From Candidatus Saccharimonadota bacterium (GTDB taxonomy: Bacteria > Patescibacteriota > Saccharimonadia > Saccharimonadales > OFTM59), in contig JAJDCK010000014.1 in NCBI GenBank assembly GCA_029260855.1, positions 6,018-70,017 of the forward strand: 64,000 nucleotides of DNA. The letters run 5' to 3'. Under the pieces are notes generated by a model that did no database searches, was not told the DNA's origin, and worked only from the letters and a program-made list of their open reading frames with translations. A program made the translations under genes and the position numbers. This document shows, one piece after another, positions 15,220 through 25,204 of the stretch. Position 1 is the first letter of the stretch; the number at the start of each line of letters is the position of its first letter.

Positions 15220-16029
15220 ATGCCCGAAAATAATACAAGCTTGAGCATAATCATACCAGCTTACAATGAACAGCACCATCTCAAGGCGTGTTTGGATGCT
15301 ATAGCTGTTCAAACCGATAGGCCCGATGAGGTGATTGTAGTTGATAATAATTCTAATGATGCTACAGCTGAGATAGCGAGATCTTACAAATTTGTTAGGC
15401 TGTTGCGCGAGTCGCGTCAGGGTGTGGTCTTTGCCCGGGACTGCGGGTTTAACGCCGCCAAGAGCAGCCTTTTGGGGCGGATAGATGCCGATACGGTCTT
15501 GCCGCCGGATTGGGTAGAGCGTGTTAAAGGTTTTTACGCGGATCAACAACACAGTACTTATGCGTTGACGGGTGGTTGCTTTTTCTATAATGTACGGTGT
15601 CCACGTCTAGCTAGGTGGTGGCAGGGCCAGATTGCGTTCCGTGCTAACAGGCTCCTTATGGGGCATTACATACTTTTTGGCTCAAATATGGCTATGCCAC
15701 AACACTTGTGGAAATCGGTTAAGGATAAAGTCTGTCACATACCAGATGTTCACGAAGACCTTGACTTGGCTATACATGTTCACGAATTTGGATACGAAAT
15801 AACCTACCTTGAAAACTTGCGTGTAGGAGTCAAAATGCGTCGTGTACGGTCTAATCAAGCTGAGCTTTGGAGCAATATGATGTGGTGGCCTAGAACCTTG
15901 CGCAAACACGGAAAAAGAACTTGGCCACTTGGCTTGCTCGGCGCTCTAATCCTGTATATCGGCGCTCCAGCAGTTATTGTTGCAGAACTCCTAGCCCGCC
16001 TAGTCGGTCGACCTCCCCTAGATGAATAA
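15220..16029 (+). CDS. family 2 glycosyltransferase
   Basis: LSIIIPAYNE, VIVVDNNSND, RIDADT motifs. Start at ATG 15220 with TATACT 8 nt upstream. Confidence 0.85.
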   Translation: MPENNTSLSIIIPAYNEQHHLKACLDAIAVQTDRPDEVIVVDNNSNDATAEIARSYKFVRLLRESRQGVVFARDCGFNAAKSSLLGRIDADTVLPPDWVERVKGFYADQQHSTYALTGGCFFYNVRCPRLARWWQGQIAFRANRLLMGHYILFGSNMAMPQHLWKSVKDKVCHIPDVHEDLDLAIHVHEFGYEITYLENLRVGVKMRRVRSNQAELWSNMMWWPRTLRKHGKRTWPLGLLGALILYIGAPAVIVAELLARLVGRPPLDE

Positions 16030-17247
16030 TTATTCAGTGTCCATAAACATTCTTAAGAAGTTCATTAAAGGATTTGGCCTATTGCTGTTACGACGCATAG
16101 CCTCTGCGAATGCCGGGATGTCATCCATCTTACCGACTTCAATATCCACCCCACGTTGTTTGAGTAATGCCCGCATGAATTCTATGTGAATCTCCGGCAC
16201 CAGAATCAGGCCAATATCCTCAAGAGCAATACCTCCACGCACTACTACTTCTCCGGAAAGACCTTGCGGTATGAAGGTCTTATCGTTGATACTATTCCTC
16301 TTTTTACCAATACTTAAACCATCATCAAAGAATCTGCTGCTGTCATCCCAGACAGCATGTTGTTTAACAGCGTATGCTATCCCGAAACAATCTTTAACCA
16401 AAGACAATTTAAGCTTTTCTTCCAATGTTGTTGGTGTAGTAGCGTGGTAATCTCTGCGCGCTTCCAAATGCGGTAGAGCTGCCCTAAGGATTTTAATGAG
16501 TCCCCCGTATCCCTCTGGCTGGGTCATTGCTTTTCGGCCGAACTCAATCGCATTACTTAATTCTTCTTCAGTGACTTGTCCATAAAAGTAGCGCGTGATG
16601 GAGGATAGGCTGTGATTATAGAGAGTCGCACAGCTGACACCATCTTTGACTGAAGAGCTGGCATCATGAGCCCCGGAAAATATAGGAATCCCTTTTTCAA
16701 CAAGTTTATTAAACGGCAGTAAACCTTGCTCTAAGACGGACAATAAGCTGGCTGAAGTAGTGGCGTGAATTCCCCAAATTTTATTGCGAATAAAGGATTC
16801 GGCTAGCGCAGGATTCTGCCCGTATATGTTCAAAAGCACTATTCGCTCTTCCGAAGGGAGGGCTGCATTATCAATAAAAGGCTCATGGATACGAGACGGT
16901 TCTTTTAATAGCACAGATATGGTAGTAGTTTCATCCCATAACGTGTGATTTTTTACAGCGCTGGCAGTAGCAAGGGTTGTGACGTCTGAAATAAAAGCGC
17001 CTTGAGCTTCTGGCGTGGCACAATTATGCCAAGCAGGACTCTCAAATACATGATCAACAGCTCTCATCAGTCCTTTTTCTCGGGTCTCCATGTCATTCAT
17101 CAGGACTTCATCATCAATTGGGGAAAATGGACGCCTCCATGCTCGCTCATGCTCGTCCCCTAACCATTGAGCGGCATAGCAGGTTCGAACAAATTCCTGT
17201 GCTTCTCGGGTGCTAATAGCCGCCTGTTTCTCGCCAAACTCACTCAT
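16030..17247 (-). CDS. 405-aa orphan protein
   Basis: Long ORF. TGGTATAAT lies 7 nt upstream of the ATG. No confidently recognisable domain. Confidence 0.75.
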   Translation of the reverse strand: MSEFGEKQAAISTREAQEFVRTCYAAQWLGDEHERAWRRPFSPIDDEVLMNDMETREKGLMRAVDHVFESPAWHNCATPEAQGAFISDVTTLATASAVKNHTLWDETTTISVLLKEPSRIHEPFIDNAALPSEERIVLLNIYGQNPALAESFIRNKIWGIHATTSASLLSVLEQGLLPFNKLVEKGIPIFSGAHDASSSVKDGVSCATLYNHSLSSITRYFYGQVTEEELSNAIEFGRKAMTQPEGYGGLIKILRAALPHLEARRDYHATTPTTLEEKLKLSLVKDCFGIAYAVKQHAVWDDSSRFFDDGLSIGKKRNSINDKTFIPQGLSGEVVVRGGIALEDIGLILVPEIHIEFMRALLKQRGVDIEVGKMDDIPAFAEAMRRNSNRPNPLMNFLRMFMDTE

Positions 17248-17364
17248 TAACTATATTATACCACACAAATGACTATTTAACAAAGTTAATAAACTTAATG
17301 TGAAAGGTCCGTCCTTTCACATACTCGCCGAACTTACTTAATTTGACAAGATTGATAAGTAAGG

Positions 17365-17916
17365 CTAACTCGTTTGTGGTGGTCTGTTTAAAATCCCATC
17401 CAGGACTTCGGCTTCTCTTTTTGTAAATCCTTTGTTAAGGTGCGGGTCACGCTCAACGATAAACGGTTTTTGAAACGGCAAGAAGGGGGCTACCCAATCA
17501 TCCACAATTGCATAATGTCCCACCGGGTACTTAGCTAACCAGGCCTCAACTTCTATGCCCCGATCCCACGGTTTCAGTTTGTGATATATTGCCGTCCTCT
17601 CTTTTCGGGGAGGGGCCGCTGCTGGTCTCCAAAGTTCGCTCTCCAGATCTATTGTTCGGTCTATAATTGGCGGATTTGGCCACCCAGCCTGAGTCGCATA
17701 CCATGTTATTAGAGACCTGTACTTAGCTGACCCGCGCCAGGTGGAGCTTATTACCGGGCTTGCCTGATGCGCTTCGGCTACCTCTCTTAAGCAGCTTACG
17801 GTACGAGGATCAAAATGTTTTATGTTTGGCAACGTGCCTTCCATTCGAAGGCGGATCATCTCATTAGTGGCTGCAAGGACATTATCAATATCAAGGAAGA
17901 TTACTTTTTCGGGCAA
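17365..17916 (-). CDS. HAD-superfamily phosphatase-like protein
   Basis: N-terminal VIFLDIDNVL (DxD nucleophile motif), later ISSTWR and AIVDD. Confidence 0.6.
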   Translation of the reverse strand: MPEKVIFLDIDNVLAATNEMIRLRMEGTLPNIKHFDPRTVSCLREVAEAHQASPVISSTWRGSAKYRSLITWYATQAGWPNPPIIDRTIDLESELWRPAAAPPRKERTAIYHKLKPWDRGIEVEAWLAKYPVGHYAIVDDWVAPFLPFQKPFIVERDPHLNKGFTKREAEVLDGILNRPPQTS

Positions 17917-18039
17917 GTTTTCAGTTCAGGATCTACTAGAGGTTTCTCGGAATGGCCACACGAAAATTCGGCTCAGGAGGGTATGACATATATTAAAACA
18001 TTATACCACGCTCGTCAATCTACAACAATGCTGAATAGC

Positions 18040-18615
18040 TCATTCTGGACTGGGGGTGAAGCTGCCGTATTGGTTGGGGGTTAGTGTGCAGCTGCCCCAC
18101 AGACCTTTGTTTTGGGCGCGGGCAGTTAGCTCAAACGCCTTAAATTCATCAGATTTCGTAAACGGAAAGCTAGTATAGGCGAAACCGTAACCTTGCCCGA
18201 TTATCTCAGCCTGCACCAATCGGCCGTCAGGTAAATAAATATAACGCAATAAACGGTCGTAGCGGTCGCGGTTGCTGCTGAGCGGGTCGGATTCTAAACG
18301 AACATCACTCTTGCCTATAAGTTCTTTGGTGAAGCTGCTGGCGGCACGGCCAAAGCATTGTACGGGCTTGCGTGGGTCCTTTGTTTCTGGCGTATCCACA
18401 CCAATAAAGCGAACCCGCTCTTCTTTACCGTTCATGTCTACAGTTATCGTGTCGCCGTCTTCTACGCTAAGTACTTGATATAAGCCTGGGGCGCTAGTGC
18501 CCAGCAGTCGCCCGCTCTCGCCGGTTTGTGTCCCGCCAAGATAAGTTACTAACGTGCCCAGTAGACTGATCGCTAGCCCGATCAGGATTTTTTTGTCGCG
18601 ACGCTTAAGCTTCAT
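18040..18615 (-). CDS. membrane-anchored thermonuclease (SNase) family nuclease
   Basis: GDTITV....EERVRFIGVDTPE ... RDRYDRLLRYIY..DG ... motifs. Start chosen at ATG 18615 with TACAAT 7 nt upstream. Confidence 0.85.
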   Translation of the reverse strand: MKLKRRDKKILIGLAISLLGTLVTYLGGTQTGESGRLLGTSAPGLYQVLSVEDGDTITVDMNGKEERVRFIGVDTPETKDPRKPVQCFGRAASSFTKELIGKSDVRLESDPLSSNRDRYDRLLRYIYLPDGRLVQAEIIGQGYGFAYTSFPFTKSDEFKAFELTARAQNKGLWGSCTLTPNQYGSFTPSPE

Positions 18616-18678
18616 GCGCCTGATTGTACGGCTATTATAAAAGGTATACAATTAAGCTTAAGTTTAATCAGGAATACT

Positions 18679-20067
18679 ATGGACGACCAAAAATCAGGCT
18701 CTCAAAAGACAGATATGCCTGCAGGTATGGAAAATGACACGCCGCGAGTTAACGACGTTCCACAGTATCCGCAGAACACACCAGAAACTCAGCCAAATAA
18801 ACATAGACGAGGTCACCCGCTCCTGCTACTTGCTATCCTGCTTATCGCGGCACTAGGTGGCGCAGCTGGCTATTATAAACTTCATCAAACACTACCTGTT
18901 GCCGTGGATGACTTATCTAACAGCCAGGCTGTTATTGAGCCACAGCGAAATCTCTACTTTCAGGTGGGCAGCAAAATAATGAAATACAACCAAAATGATA
19001 AGTCTACATCCACGCTTACGGCTGTGTTGCCAAATGGGTCCGAAGTGCTGGACTTCTTTGCCGACAACGCTAGCTGGAGAGCGATATATAGAACCACACC
19101 GCAGACTGACGCTGAAGCCCAAAAAATATTTCTTATAGAAAATGACAAACAGCCCGTAACACTTGTAGAAAATGCGCAGTATATAACAGCTGCCGCTGCC
19201 CGACACAGAATGGTAGCTTATAGCTTGCCAGCCGACACCACAGAGTCAACAGGCGCAGCAGCGCGAACGCGTACATTCCTAGCTAAGGCCGGTGAAGAAA
19301 CCGAAGAAATCCTTACTAGTAACCCCTGGAACCAAGAAACTCCATCGTCAGACGTAAAGAATTATTTGTATACGCCGCGCGAAATTTCCAATAATGGTGA
19401 CAAGCTACTGCTCAGTCTTCTCTCGTGCTTCCAGTGCGACGGCCCACCATTGGCAGCAGCCTTTGAGATGGATCTGGAATCTAAAGAAGTAAAGCCGATA
19501 TATCTAAGCGACGAGCCGGGTTACGTCACATTCAACTCCCTTACGGGTGGCTTTAAGGGGTATAAGATCATTGAATCTAACAATCTAAGCCTGGCCTCAG
19601 ACGAACCGTACGAGCTTACGATCAGCCAGGTTGACGCGCCAGGCGCACCGGCTGAACAAGAGTTTAAAGCTAGTGAAAATGATTGGACAAACCTGGTGCT
19701 TTCACTTGATAGGGGTCATGTAGCTATTGAGAAAAAGGATAAGACATTTACTGCGACTGGTAAGACAACTTTTGACGGGATTTATGATTTTGCGGGCGCC
19801 ATAAAGCCGGCCGATATGAAGAAGTTATCTGTTAGCGGCCTACCGGTAGACAAGTACATTGTCCAGTCACTAGGGGTTTTGTATGGCGATTGTCTTGGGG
19901 TTGCGATGTACGAGCGAGCAGTAAACAATCCATCATCTACTAATACCACCCAAGAAGCTGGTGCGATTTGTAAGGCTGCTGAGGGTTATAGCTATGTAAA
20001 GATAGATGACCTTGAATCAGGTAATAACGAAGCTTACCAGACGGTTAAGGCGCTGGATCATTTATAG
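18679..20067 (+). CDS. membrane-anchored hypothetical protein
   Basis: 462 aa. Cytoplasmic N-terminus, one TM (LLLLAILLIAALGGAAGYY), large extracytoplasmic part. Confidence 0.7.
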   Translation: MDDQKSGSQKTDMPAGMENDTPRVNDVPQYPQNTPETQPNKHRRGHPLLLLAILLIAALGGAAGYYKLHQTLPVAVDDLSNSQAVIEPQRNLYFQVGSKIMKYNQNDKSTSTLTAVLPNGSEVLDFFADNASWRAIYRTTPQTDAEAQKIFLIENDKQPVTLVENAQYITAAAARHRMVAYSLPADTTESTGAAARTRTFLAKAGEETEEILTSNPWNQETPSSDVKNYLYTPREISNNGDKLLLSLLSCFQCDGPPLAAAFEMDLESKEVKPIYLSDEPGYVTFNSLTGGFKGYKIIESNNLSLASDEPYELTISQVDAPGAPAEQEFKASENDWTNLVLSLDRGHVAIEKKDKTFTATGKTTFDGIYDFAGAIKPADMKKLSVSGLPVDKYIVQSLGVLYGDCLGVAMYERAVNNPSSTNTTQEAGAICKAAEGYSYVKIDDLESGNNEAYQTVKALDHL

Positions 20068-20577
20068 GCCTAGACAGCTTTTGATGTGGTCCTTGCTAAC
20101 TTCTGTGCCATTGACTTCTGTTGCGGGCTCGTCGGAGTGTGGTGGCTCAAAGTCGCTCGTGATACGCTCAAACCTATCTGTAGGCATAGCTTCCGGATAT
20201 GTGTTTCTGGTGGCGTGACTGGAGCGTGTAGCGCGTTGCTTGGCCAGATCTTTGTTGACTTTAACCCAGATAAGTTTGACGTCTGCGCCGTGGTTGACAG
20301 CAATCTGGCGCAAGTGTTGCCTGTCTTTATAAAAATTAAACCCGGTGTCAAAAACTACGCTTTGGCCGGTAGCGAGCAGCTCGGCGGCTAGTTCATTAAG
20401 GTAGTTATACAGTTCAATATTTTCTGGGTGAGAGTGTGTCGGATTTGGATATCGCTCATTCCGAATTTTGTCCGCCCAAAGGTGCGCTGCACCCGTAAGA
20501 TCATGGATCAGTTTTGCTGTCGTGGTCTTGCCTGCACCAGGATAACCAAGCATTAGATATAAGGTCGGTCGGGGCAT
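20062..20577 (-). CDS. P-loop kinase/AAA-type ATPase (AAA_33-like)
   Basis: Walker A LGYPGAGKTT near the N-terminus. Size and layout match small nucleotide/polynucleotide kinases. Confidence 0.7.
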   Translation of the reverse strand: MPRPTLYLMLGYPGAGKTTTAKLIHDLTGAAHLWADKIRNERYPNPTHSHPENIELYNYLNELAAELLATGQSVVFDTGFNFYKDRQHLRQIAVNHGADVKLIWVKVNKDLAKQRATRSSHATRNTYPEAMPTDRFERITSDFEPPHSDEPATEVNGTEVSKDHIKSCLGL

Positions 20578-20615
20578 ATGGACTTATGGTAACACGAAGG
20601 GTACCAGTGTAGGTT

Positions 20616-21110
20616 CTAGCTTGCATTCCCAAGCTGTACGGCCTGAGAAGCTTCGGGTGTAGGTTTTTCTTGCAGACTATTGAAAGTAGCTATACGACCC
20701 CCGTAGACAGCTATTCTCACCCGCATTTTAGCGCGCTGGTTTGCCTCTTTTGTTTCGGCTGATGCTTTCCCTTTTGTCAGGTCTTTGTCTCTACTGAGCA
20801 GTCGTTGCATTTCAGGATCCTGGCTTACTGCAGTTTCGGTGTTTTCATCAAAGCGTGCAAGGGCAAGCGCGCCAACTGCTTTGGCTTGTTGCCACGCCCC
20901 CCACAGCGCCTCAATCTTTTCCCTGTTTCCTGGCCTTACTAAGGGCAAAATGCTCTGTGGCTCAGGATGTAGATCAACTTGAACCAGCGCTGATAATAAC
21001 TCTTCCCGTGAAAAGTCTGTAACGGCATAGTCAAGCTCTAATAGGGCCATTGCCTGCTGAGGGGTTGCCCGTTCTTCCGCTATCATTTGTGGCCTTGATT
21101 GCTCCGCCAT
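20616..21110 (-). CDS. hypothetical protein
   Basis: 164-aa ORF. TATAAC lies 6 nt upstream of the ATG. Confidence 0.55.
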   Translation of the reverse strand: MAEQSRPQMIAEERATPQQAMALLELDYAVTDFSREELLSALVQVDLHPEPQSILPLVRPGNREKIEALWGAWQQAKAVGALALARFDENTETAVSQDPEMQRLLSRDKDLTKGKASAETKEANQRAKMRVRIAVYGGRIATFNSLQEKPTPEASQAVQLGNAS

Positions 21111-21165
21111 GCTCTAGTTATACAGAGTATAAATGTTACCGTATGTGATATTTTTCACTCTTGGG

Positions 21166-21405
21166 CTAAACGAGTTTTTTAGCGCGCAGTGCTGAGTCAA
21201 TACGTTCGCGGTCAAAACCTAAAATGACTTCACCGTCTACATCGGTAACTGGCGTAGCAAGCTGGCCAACTGTGTTGGCGACCCAGTCCATAGCTTCTTT
21301 GTCTTGCGTGATGTCACGCTCTTTAAAGGGCAAACCCTTACTCTGTAGGTACGCCTTTACCATATGGCAATATCCGCAAGCGGGGCTAGTGTAAACAGTT
21401 ATCAT
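21166..21405 (-). CDS. glutaredoxin/NrdH-like redoxin
   Basis: 79 aa. ITVYTSPACGYCHMVKAYL (CxxC) and TPV..VDG..I.GF. Confidence 0.85.
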   Translation of the reverse strand: MITVYTSPACGYCHMVKAYLQSKGLPFKERDITQDKEAMDWVANTVGQLATPVTDVDGEVILGFDRERIDSALRAKKLV

Positions 21406-21439
21406 GTACCTCTAATTATAACATTGTTATACTAGAGCC

Positions 21440-22066
21440 ATGCAAATGAGGCACATCTCAAAAAAACTAATTCTAGTGGCGCTGATCAGTTTTCTGGCCG
21501 GTATTTTGTGGTTTGTTATGGTTAGGTTCATCATGTATGAGAGTGACGCTGTGCATTATCATGCAAATTTTGCTGTGTATGTGGACGGGCAGCGAGAAAC
21601 ATTTGATAACTTTACATTTTATGAAGAAGTAGCCAGTTGTGGGGCAGACGAGCTCAATAACCCTAAAGCGCGCGGCCATATGCACGATAACATTAGTCAT
21701 GTGGTGCATGTGCATGACTACGGCGTTACCTGGGGCCATTTCTTTGCTAACATAGGATATACATTTGGCAACGACATTTTAAAGACCGATAAGGGTCATT
21801 TTGTTAGTGGCGAGGACGCAAAAGAGCTGAGATTTATCTTAAACGGGAAAGATGTGGATAGTGTTGCCAACCAAACTATTCGGAGCGAAGACGTGCTGTT
21901 AATTGATTTTGGCACCAGTACTGACCCCGAACTACAATCGCGGTTCCAAAGCATTACACGCGACGCTGCTGACTATAACAAACGCGACGACCCCTCATCT
22001 TGCACGGGCGACAAGCCCCTCACCTTCACCGAGCGTTTGAAAAAATCAATCGGTATCAATAGCTGA
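21440..22066 (+). CDS. membrane-anchored His-rich hypothetical protein
   Basis: N-terminal TM. HYHANF..YVDG ... GHMHDNISHVVHVHDYG. TGTTATACT lies 6 nt upstream of the ATG. Confidence 0.7.
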   Translation: MQMRHISKKLILVALISFLAGILWFVMVRFIMYESDAVHYHANFAVYVDGQRETFDNFTFYEEVASCGADELNNPKARGHMHDNISHVVHVHDYGVTWGHFFANIGYTFGNDILKTDKGHFVSGEDAKELRFILNGKDVDSVANQTIRSEDVLLIDFGTSTDPELQSRFQSITRDAADYNKRDDPSSCTGDKPLTFTERLKKSIGINS

Positions 22067-22069
22067 TAG

Positions 22070-22390
22070 TCAGGCGGCGGTGCTATCGTTCTGGCTAGAA
22101 TCAGACACAATACCCCCTTTTGACTTAATCCATGCATCAATTTCATCAAGAGGCAATGGCGGCAAAATATCTTCACTCCCATCATGACCAGGGGTGAGTA
22201 CGGTTAGCGCTTCTAGGCCTGTATAAAAGGAATTAATTATGAGATCACCTGTCGTAGGATCAACTGTTTCGCCATATACATCTCCGTCTTCGTCATGGAG
22301 ACTGTTGTTATGTAAATGTGTGGCCCCAGGCAAGGTTCTAAGATCCACTTCCCCGTTCTCAATACTCAGTGGGCACCTGTTCATTTCCAT
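22070..22390 (-). CDS. acidic hypothetical protein
   Basis: 106-aa ORF. TGCTATTAA lies 6 nt upstream of the ATG. Confidence 0.5.
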   Translation of the reverse strand: MEMNRCPLSIENGEVDLRTLPGATHLHNNSLHDEDGDVYGETVDPTTGDLIINSFYTGLEALTVLTPGHDGSEDILPPLPLDEIDAWIKSKGGIVSDSSQNDSTAA

Positions 22391-22464
22391 GTGTGATTAA
22401 TAGCATATAACAATGCTTATGTCAATGCTAAACAACGACCCCAGAGCTGGGCCGCTGCTTAGTC

Positions 22465-22493
22465 TTGCAATAAATTGACATAGTTGGTATAAT
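22465..22493 (+). promoter_or_regulatory. sigma-70-type promoter with extended -10
   Basis: TTGCAA, 17 nt spacer, TGGTATAAT. ATG at 22501 lies 7 nt after the -10. Confidence 0.55.
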
Positions 22494-22500
22494 AAATAAG

Positions 22501-22683
22501 ATGGCTGATAAGAGTGAAAAGCTAGAAGAATTGTTTGGCGTTCCGCCGCAAGTTACTGACCGCATTCGTGCTTCTGTTAAAAGACACTCAAAAGCAGTTA
22601 TTGCTTTAGCTAGCTCGCTAACCACAGTCCTGGCTTTACGAGTAATTTCATCATCGTCTCATGCGGATATGAGAGTGTTATAA
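22501..22683 (+). CDS. 60-aa hypothetical protein upstream of the atp operon
   Basis: ORF directly behind a good promoter. One weak hydrophobic segment. No atpI/atpZ similarity recognised. Confidence 0.35.
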   Translation: MADKSEKLEELFGVPPQVTDRIRASVKRHSKAVIALASSLTTVLALRVISSSSHADMRVL

Positions 22684-23077
22684 ATGAACGGTACTTTACT
22701 GTTTTAACAGACGAAGGTTTAGTTACGTGCTACGGTAGACAGCGAACAAGGATGCTTGAAGGCGATACTATTAATTCGCTACTATTAGATAGAACGGTAT
22801 TTGTCCCAGCTTCAGGGTCAGGAGTAGGGCCAGATCTACGCCCAATCATAGATAGAGTAATGCTTGAGAGTGGGGTTAAAGTTCCAGAAACACAAATACC
22901 AGTTGGACCCACGGCAATATTGCCAGAGCTGTGTTGCTTTGCTGATTTTTTGCAGCAATAAAGTTGCGAGGCAACAACTGTCCCTGTTATACTGAAGTGG
23001 TAAATTATGGGATACGCCGACACAAATCTGCCGACGATTACTGAGGTTGTTGCTAACAGCCTGGAGCTCTGCGCCCT

Positions 23078-23926
23078 GTGATCCAACTCTTTGCGGCTAC
23101 AGATATCCACATAAGCCTAAAGGCTGAAAGGCTGTTTACTTTTGGTCCTTTAACAGTGACAAACTCCATGGTCTACGGCTTATTATGCGCAACGCTGCTG
23201 GCGGCTGTCATGATTTTTGCTGCCCGGCGCAGCAAGCTGCTGCCAGGCAGAAGTCGCTTAACATCCATAATTGAAGCTATAACCGAATACGTAATCGGTG
23301 TTTTAGAGGGTGCATTCGGCTCTCGTGAAAAAGCGGCTAAATTTGCCCCCGTCTTTGGTTTTTATTTCTTTTTTATTATTTTCAATAACATGCTTGGTTT
23401 GCTGCCAGTCGTTGGCCCAGGGTTGTACAGCAGCGTAGAGGGTGCTCATATCCCGCTCTTCCGTCCCTTCACTGCAGATTTAAATGGCACGATTGCTATG
23501 AGCGTAATCGCAATTATCATCGTTCAGTACCTGAGCATCAAAGAACAGGGCGGAAAAAAACACTTGCAGCATTACTTTACCGATAAGCCGAAAAACCCGA
23601 TTAACTTCTTTATTGGCATACTTGAGGTGTTCGGTGAGTTTACCCGTATGCTTAGCCTATCGCTGCGTCTTTTTCTGAACACCGCTGTGGGCGAAATTTT
23701 AATAGCTGTCTTTACCTCAATGATTATCGCCTCTGGCCGTACGCCGATTGCTGTTTTGCCGATTTTGTTATTTGAGGCGCTTGTTGCATATATCCAGGCG
23801 TATGTATTCACGGTGCTAGCAGGCACCTATCTTGGTATGGCGATTGCCCATGCCGACCATCACGATGATCACCAAGCAAGTTTAACCTCTGGCCAGGTCG
23901 AAGCCAGTGGGGTGCATGGTGGCTAA
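23078..23926 (+). CDS. atpB: F0F1 ATP synthase subunit a
   Basis: GTG start. Multi-TM. LSLSLRLF.N (essential Arg) motif. First gene of the atp cluster. Confidence 0.9.
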   Translation: MIQLFAATDIHISLKAERLFTFGPLTVTNSMVYGLLCATLLAAVMIFAARRSKLLPGRSRLTSIIEAITEYVIGVLEGAFGSREKAAKFAPVFGFYFFFIIFNNMLGLLPVVGPGLYSSVEGAHIPLFRPFTADLNGTIAMSVIAIIIVQYLSIKEQGGKKHLQHYFTDKPKNPINFFIGILEVFGEFTRMLSLSLRLFLNTAVGEILIAVFTSMIIASGRTPIAVLPILLFEALVAYIQAYVFTVLAGTYLGMAIAHADHHDDHQASLTSGQVEASGVHGG

Positions 23927-23988
23927 CCATTTATATTTAGGTAAAATTAATCCGGTGCGCGATTTAGCGTGACGGTAAAGGAGTAAAA

Positions 23989-24225
23989 ATGGTTGAATTA
24001 TTTGCTGATGCAGAAAGCGCTCTAGCTATCTCTAAAGGAGCTATGCTAGGTATTGCTTTTGCTGCTGCCGCCCTAGGCCTAGGCCTGGTCGGCTCAAGTT
24101 ATATGAAGGCTTTGGGGCGAAACCCAGAAGCTGGTAAGGCTGCTACGTCGGTCGTGATCATCGCTGCGATGATCGAGGTAACCGCGCTGTTGGCTTTCCT
24201 GCTAGGTGCCTTCTTGCTCGGATAA
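23989..24225 (+). CDS. atpE: ATP synthase subunit c
   Basis: 78-aa hairpin with the GRNPE loop and a carboxylate in AAMIEVTALLAF. Confidence 0.9.
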   Translation: MVELFADAESALAISKGAMLGIAFAAAALGLGLVGSSYMKALGRNPEAGKAATSVVIIAAMIEVTALLAFLLGAFLLG

Positions 24226-24244
24226 GAATAAATAAGGAGATAAG

Positions 24245-24817
24245 GTGATAGATTTGTTTTCCAAAATTTTAGCTCAGGCCGGTGAACACGTATCGGAAGC
24301 CGAGCACGCCGAAGAAGCGGGCGGTATCGGTGCGTTGGGGCTTGACCCGCTGGCGATTTTGGCGCAGGCTGTCACTTTTCTTCTCCTTTTTTGGATCATC
24401 AAGCGGTTTGCGCTTGAAAAGATTGTAAACACTCTGGAAGAACGCCGAAAGACAATTGACAAAGGGGTTCGCCTGGGCATACAAATGCAGACTGAACAAG
24501 ACAGGCTTGCTGATACTATCGAACAAAAACTACAAGAGGTTCGCAAGCAGTCTGACACTATTCTGGCCGAAGCAAACCAAGAGGCTGGTGCTATAGTCAA
24601 GCAAGCCGAGGCGACGGCTCAAACAAGCATTGATACGATGTTGTCAGACGCCCGAGCCCGAATAGAAGATGACGTGCAAAAAGCTAAGCGAGAGCTAAAG
24701 AAAGATACTATTGACCTTATAGCTGCAGCAACAGAAATCATAATTGACGAAAAGCTTGATGCTAAAAAAGACAGCGAGCTGATTGAGCGCGCACTTGAAG
24801 GGGCTAAAAATGGTTAA
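24245..24817 (+). CDS. atpF: ATP synthase subunit b
   Basis: One N-terminal TM followed by a long charged helix. Operon position. Confidence 0.85.
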   Translation: MIDLFSKILAQAGEHVSEAEHAEEAGGIGALGLDPLAILAQAVTFLLLFWIIKRFALEKIVNTLEERRKTIDKGVRLGIQMQTEQDRLADTIEQKLQEVRKQSDTILAEANQEAGAIVKQAEATAQTSIDTMLSDARARIEDDVQKAKRELKKDTIDLIAAATEIIIDEKLDAKKDSELIERALEGAKNG

Positions 24818-25202
24818 AGCATCAGTAAAGCAGCTTGCAGAAGCAATTTACGCGTTGATTGAGAGCGCTAAGACACAGAAAGAACTGACTGAAACGATAG
24901 CAGCTTATCTTGTTGTCGAGCAGCAAACCAAAGACGCGGACCGCGTACTGCGTGAGGTTGAGCGGCTTAGGTATGAACGTGATGGGGTGCTTGAAATTGT
25001 AGCGAGCTCGCGCAGAAATTTGAATGAATCAACCAAGCAAGTAATTTCGCAAATTTTTGAAGCAAAAAACAGTAAAATAGTAGAACAGACCGGAGAAAAT
25101 TTGGTCGGCGGCGTTAGTATTCAGGCTCTGGACAAATGGCTTGATCTGAGTATTCGTGGCCGACTAAATCAACTCAAGAACACTAATCTAGGTAAGGGAT
25201 AA
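24810..25202 (+). CDS. atpH: ATP synthase subunit delta (short OSCP-like)
   Basis: ATGGTTAA start/stop overlap with atpF. Position between b and alpha. Only 130 aa. Confidence 0.65.
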   Translation: MVKASVKQLAEAIYALIESAKTQKELTETIAAYLVVEQQTKDADRVLREVERLRYERDGVLEIVASSRRNLNESTKQVISQIFEAKNSKIVEQTGENLVGGVSIQALDKWLDLSIRGRLNQLKNTNLGKG

Positions 25203-25204
25203 GC

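Noticed and set aside
17917-18084. 89-aa plus-strand ORF 17815..18084, and a 33-codon ORF behind GGAGG at about 17977.
   Set aside because: They overlap the ends of two well-supported minus-strand genes. The SD-to-ATG spacing is only 2 nt.
22684-23077. ORFs 22730..23110 (minus) and 22752..22961 (plus) as candidate atpI/atpZ upstream of atpB.
   Set aside because: Neither is hydrophobic like AtpI/AtpZ. They overlap each other on opposite strands and lack SD or promoter signals. The region is left unannotated.
23989-24225. Na+-coupled c-subunit signature in atpE.
   Set aside because: The carboxylate is in IEVT, without the adjacent Ser/Thr (ES/ET) and upstream Gln pattern I associate with Na+ binding. 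There is no basis to call it.
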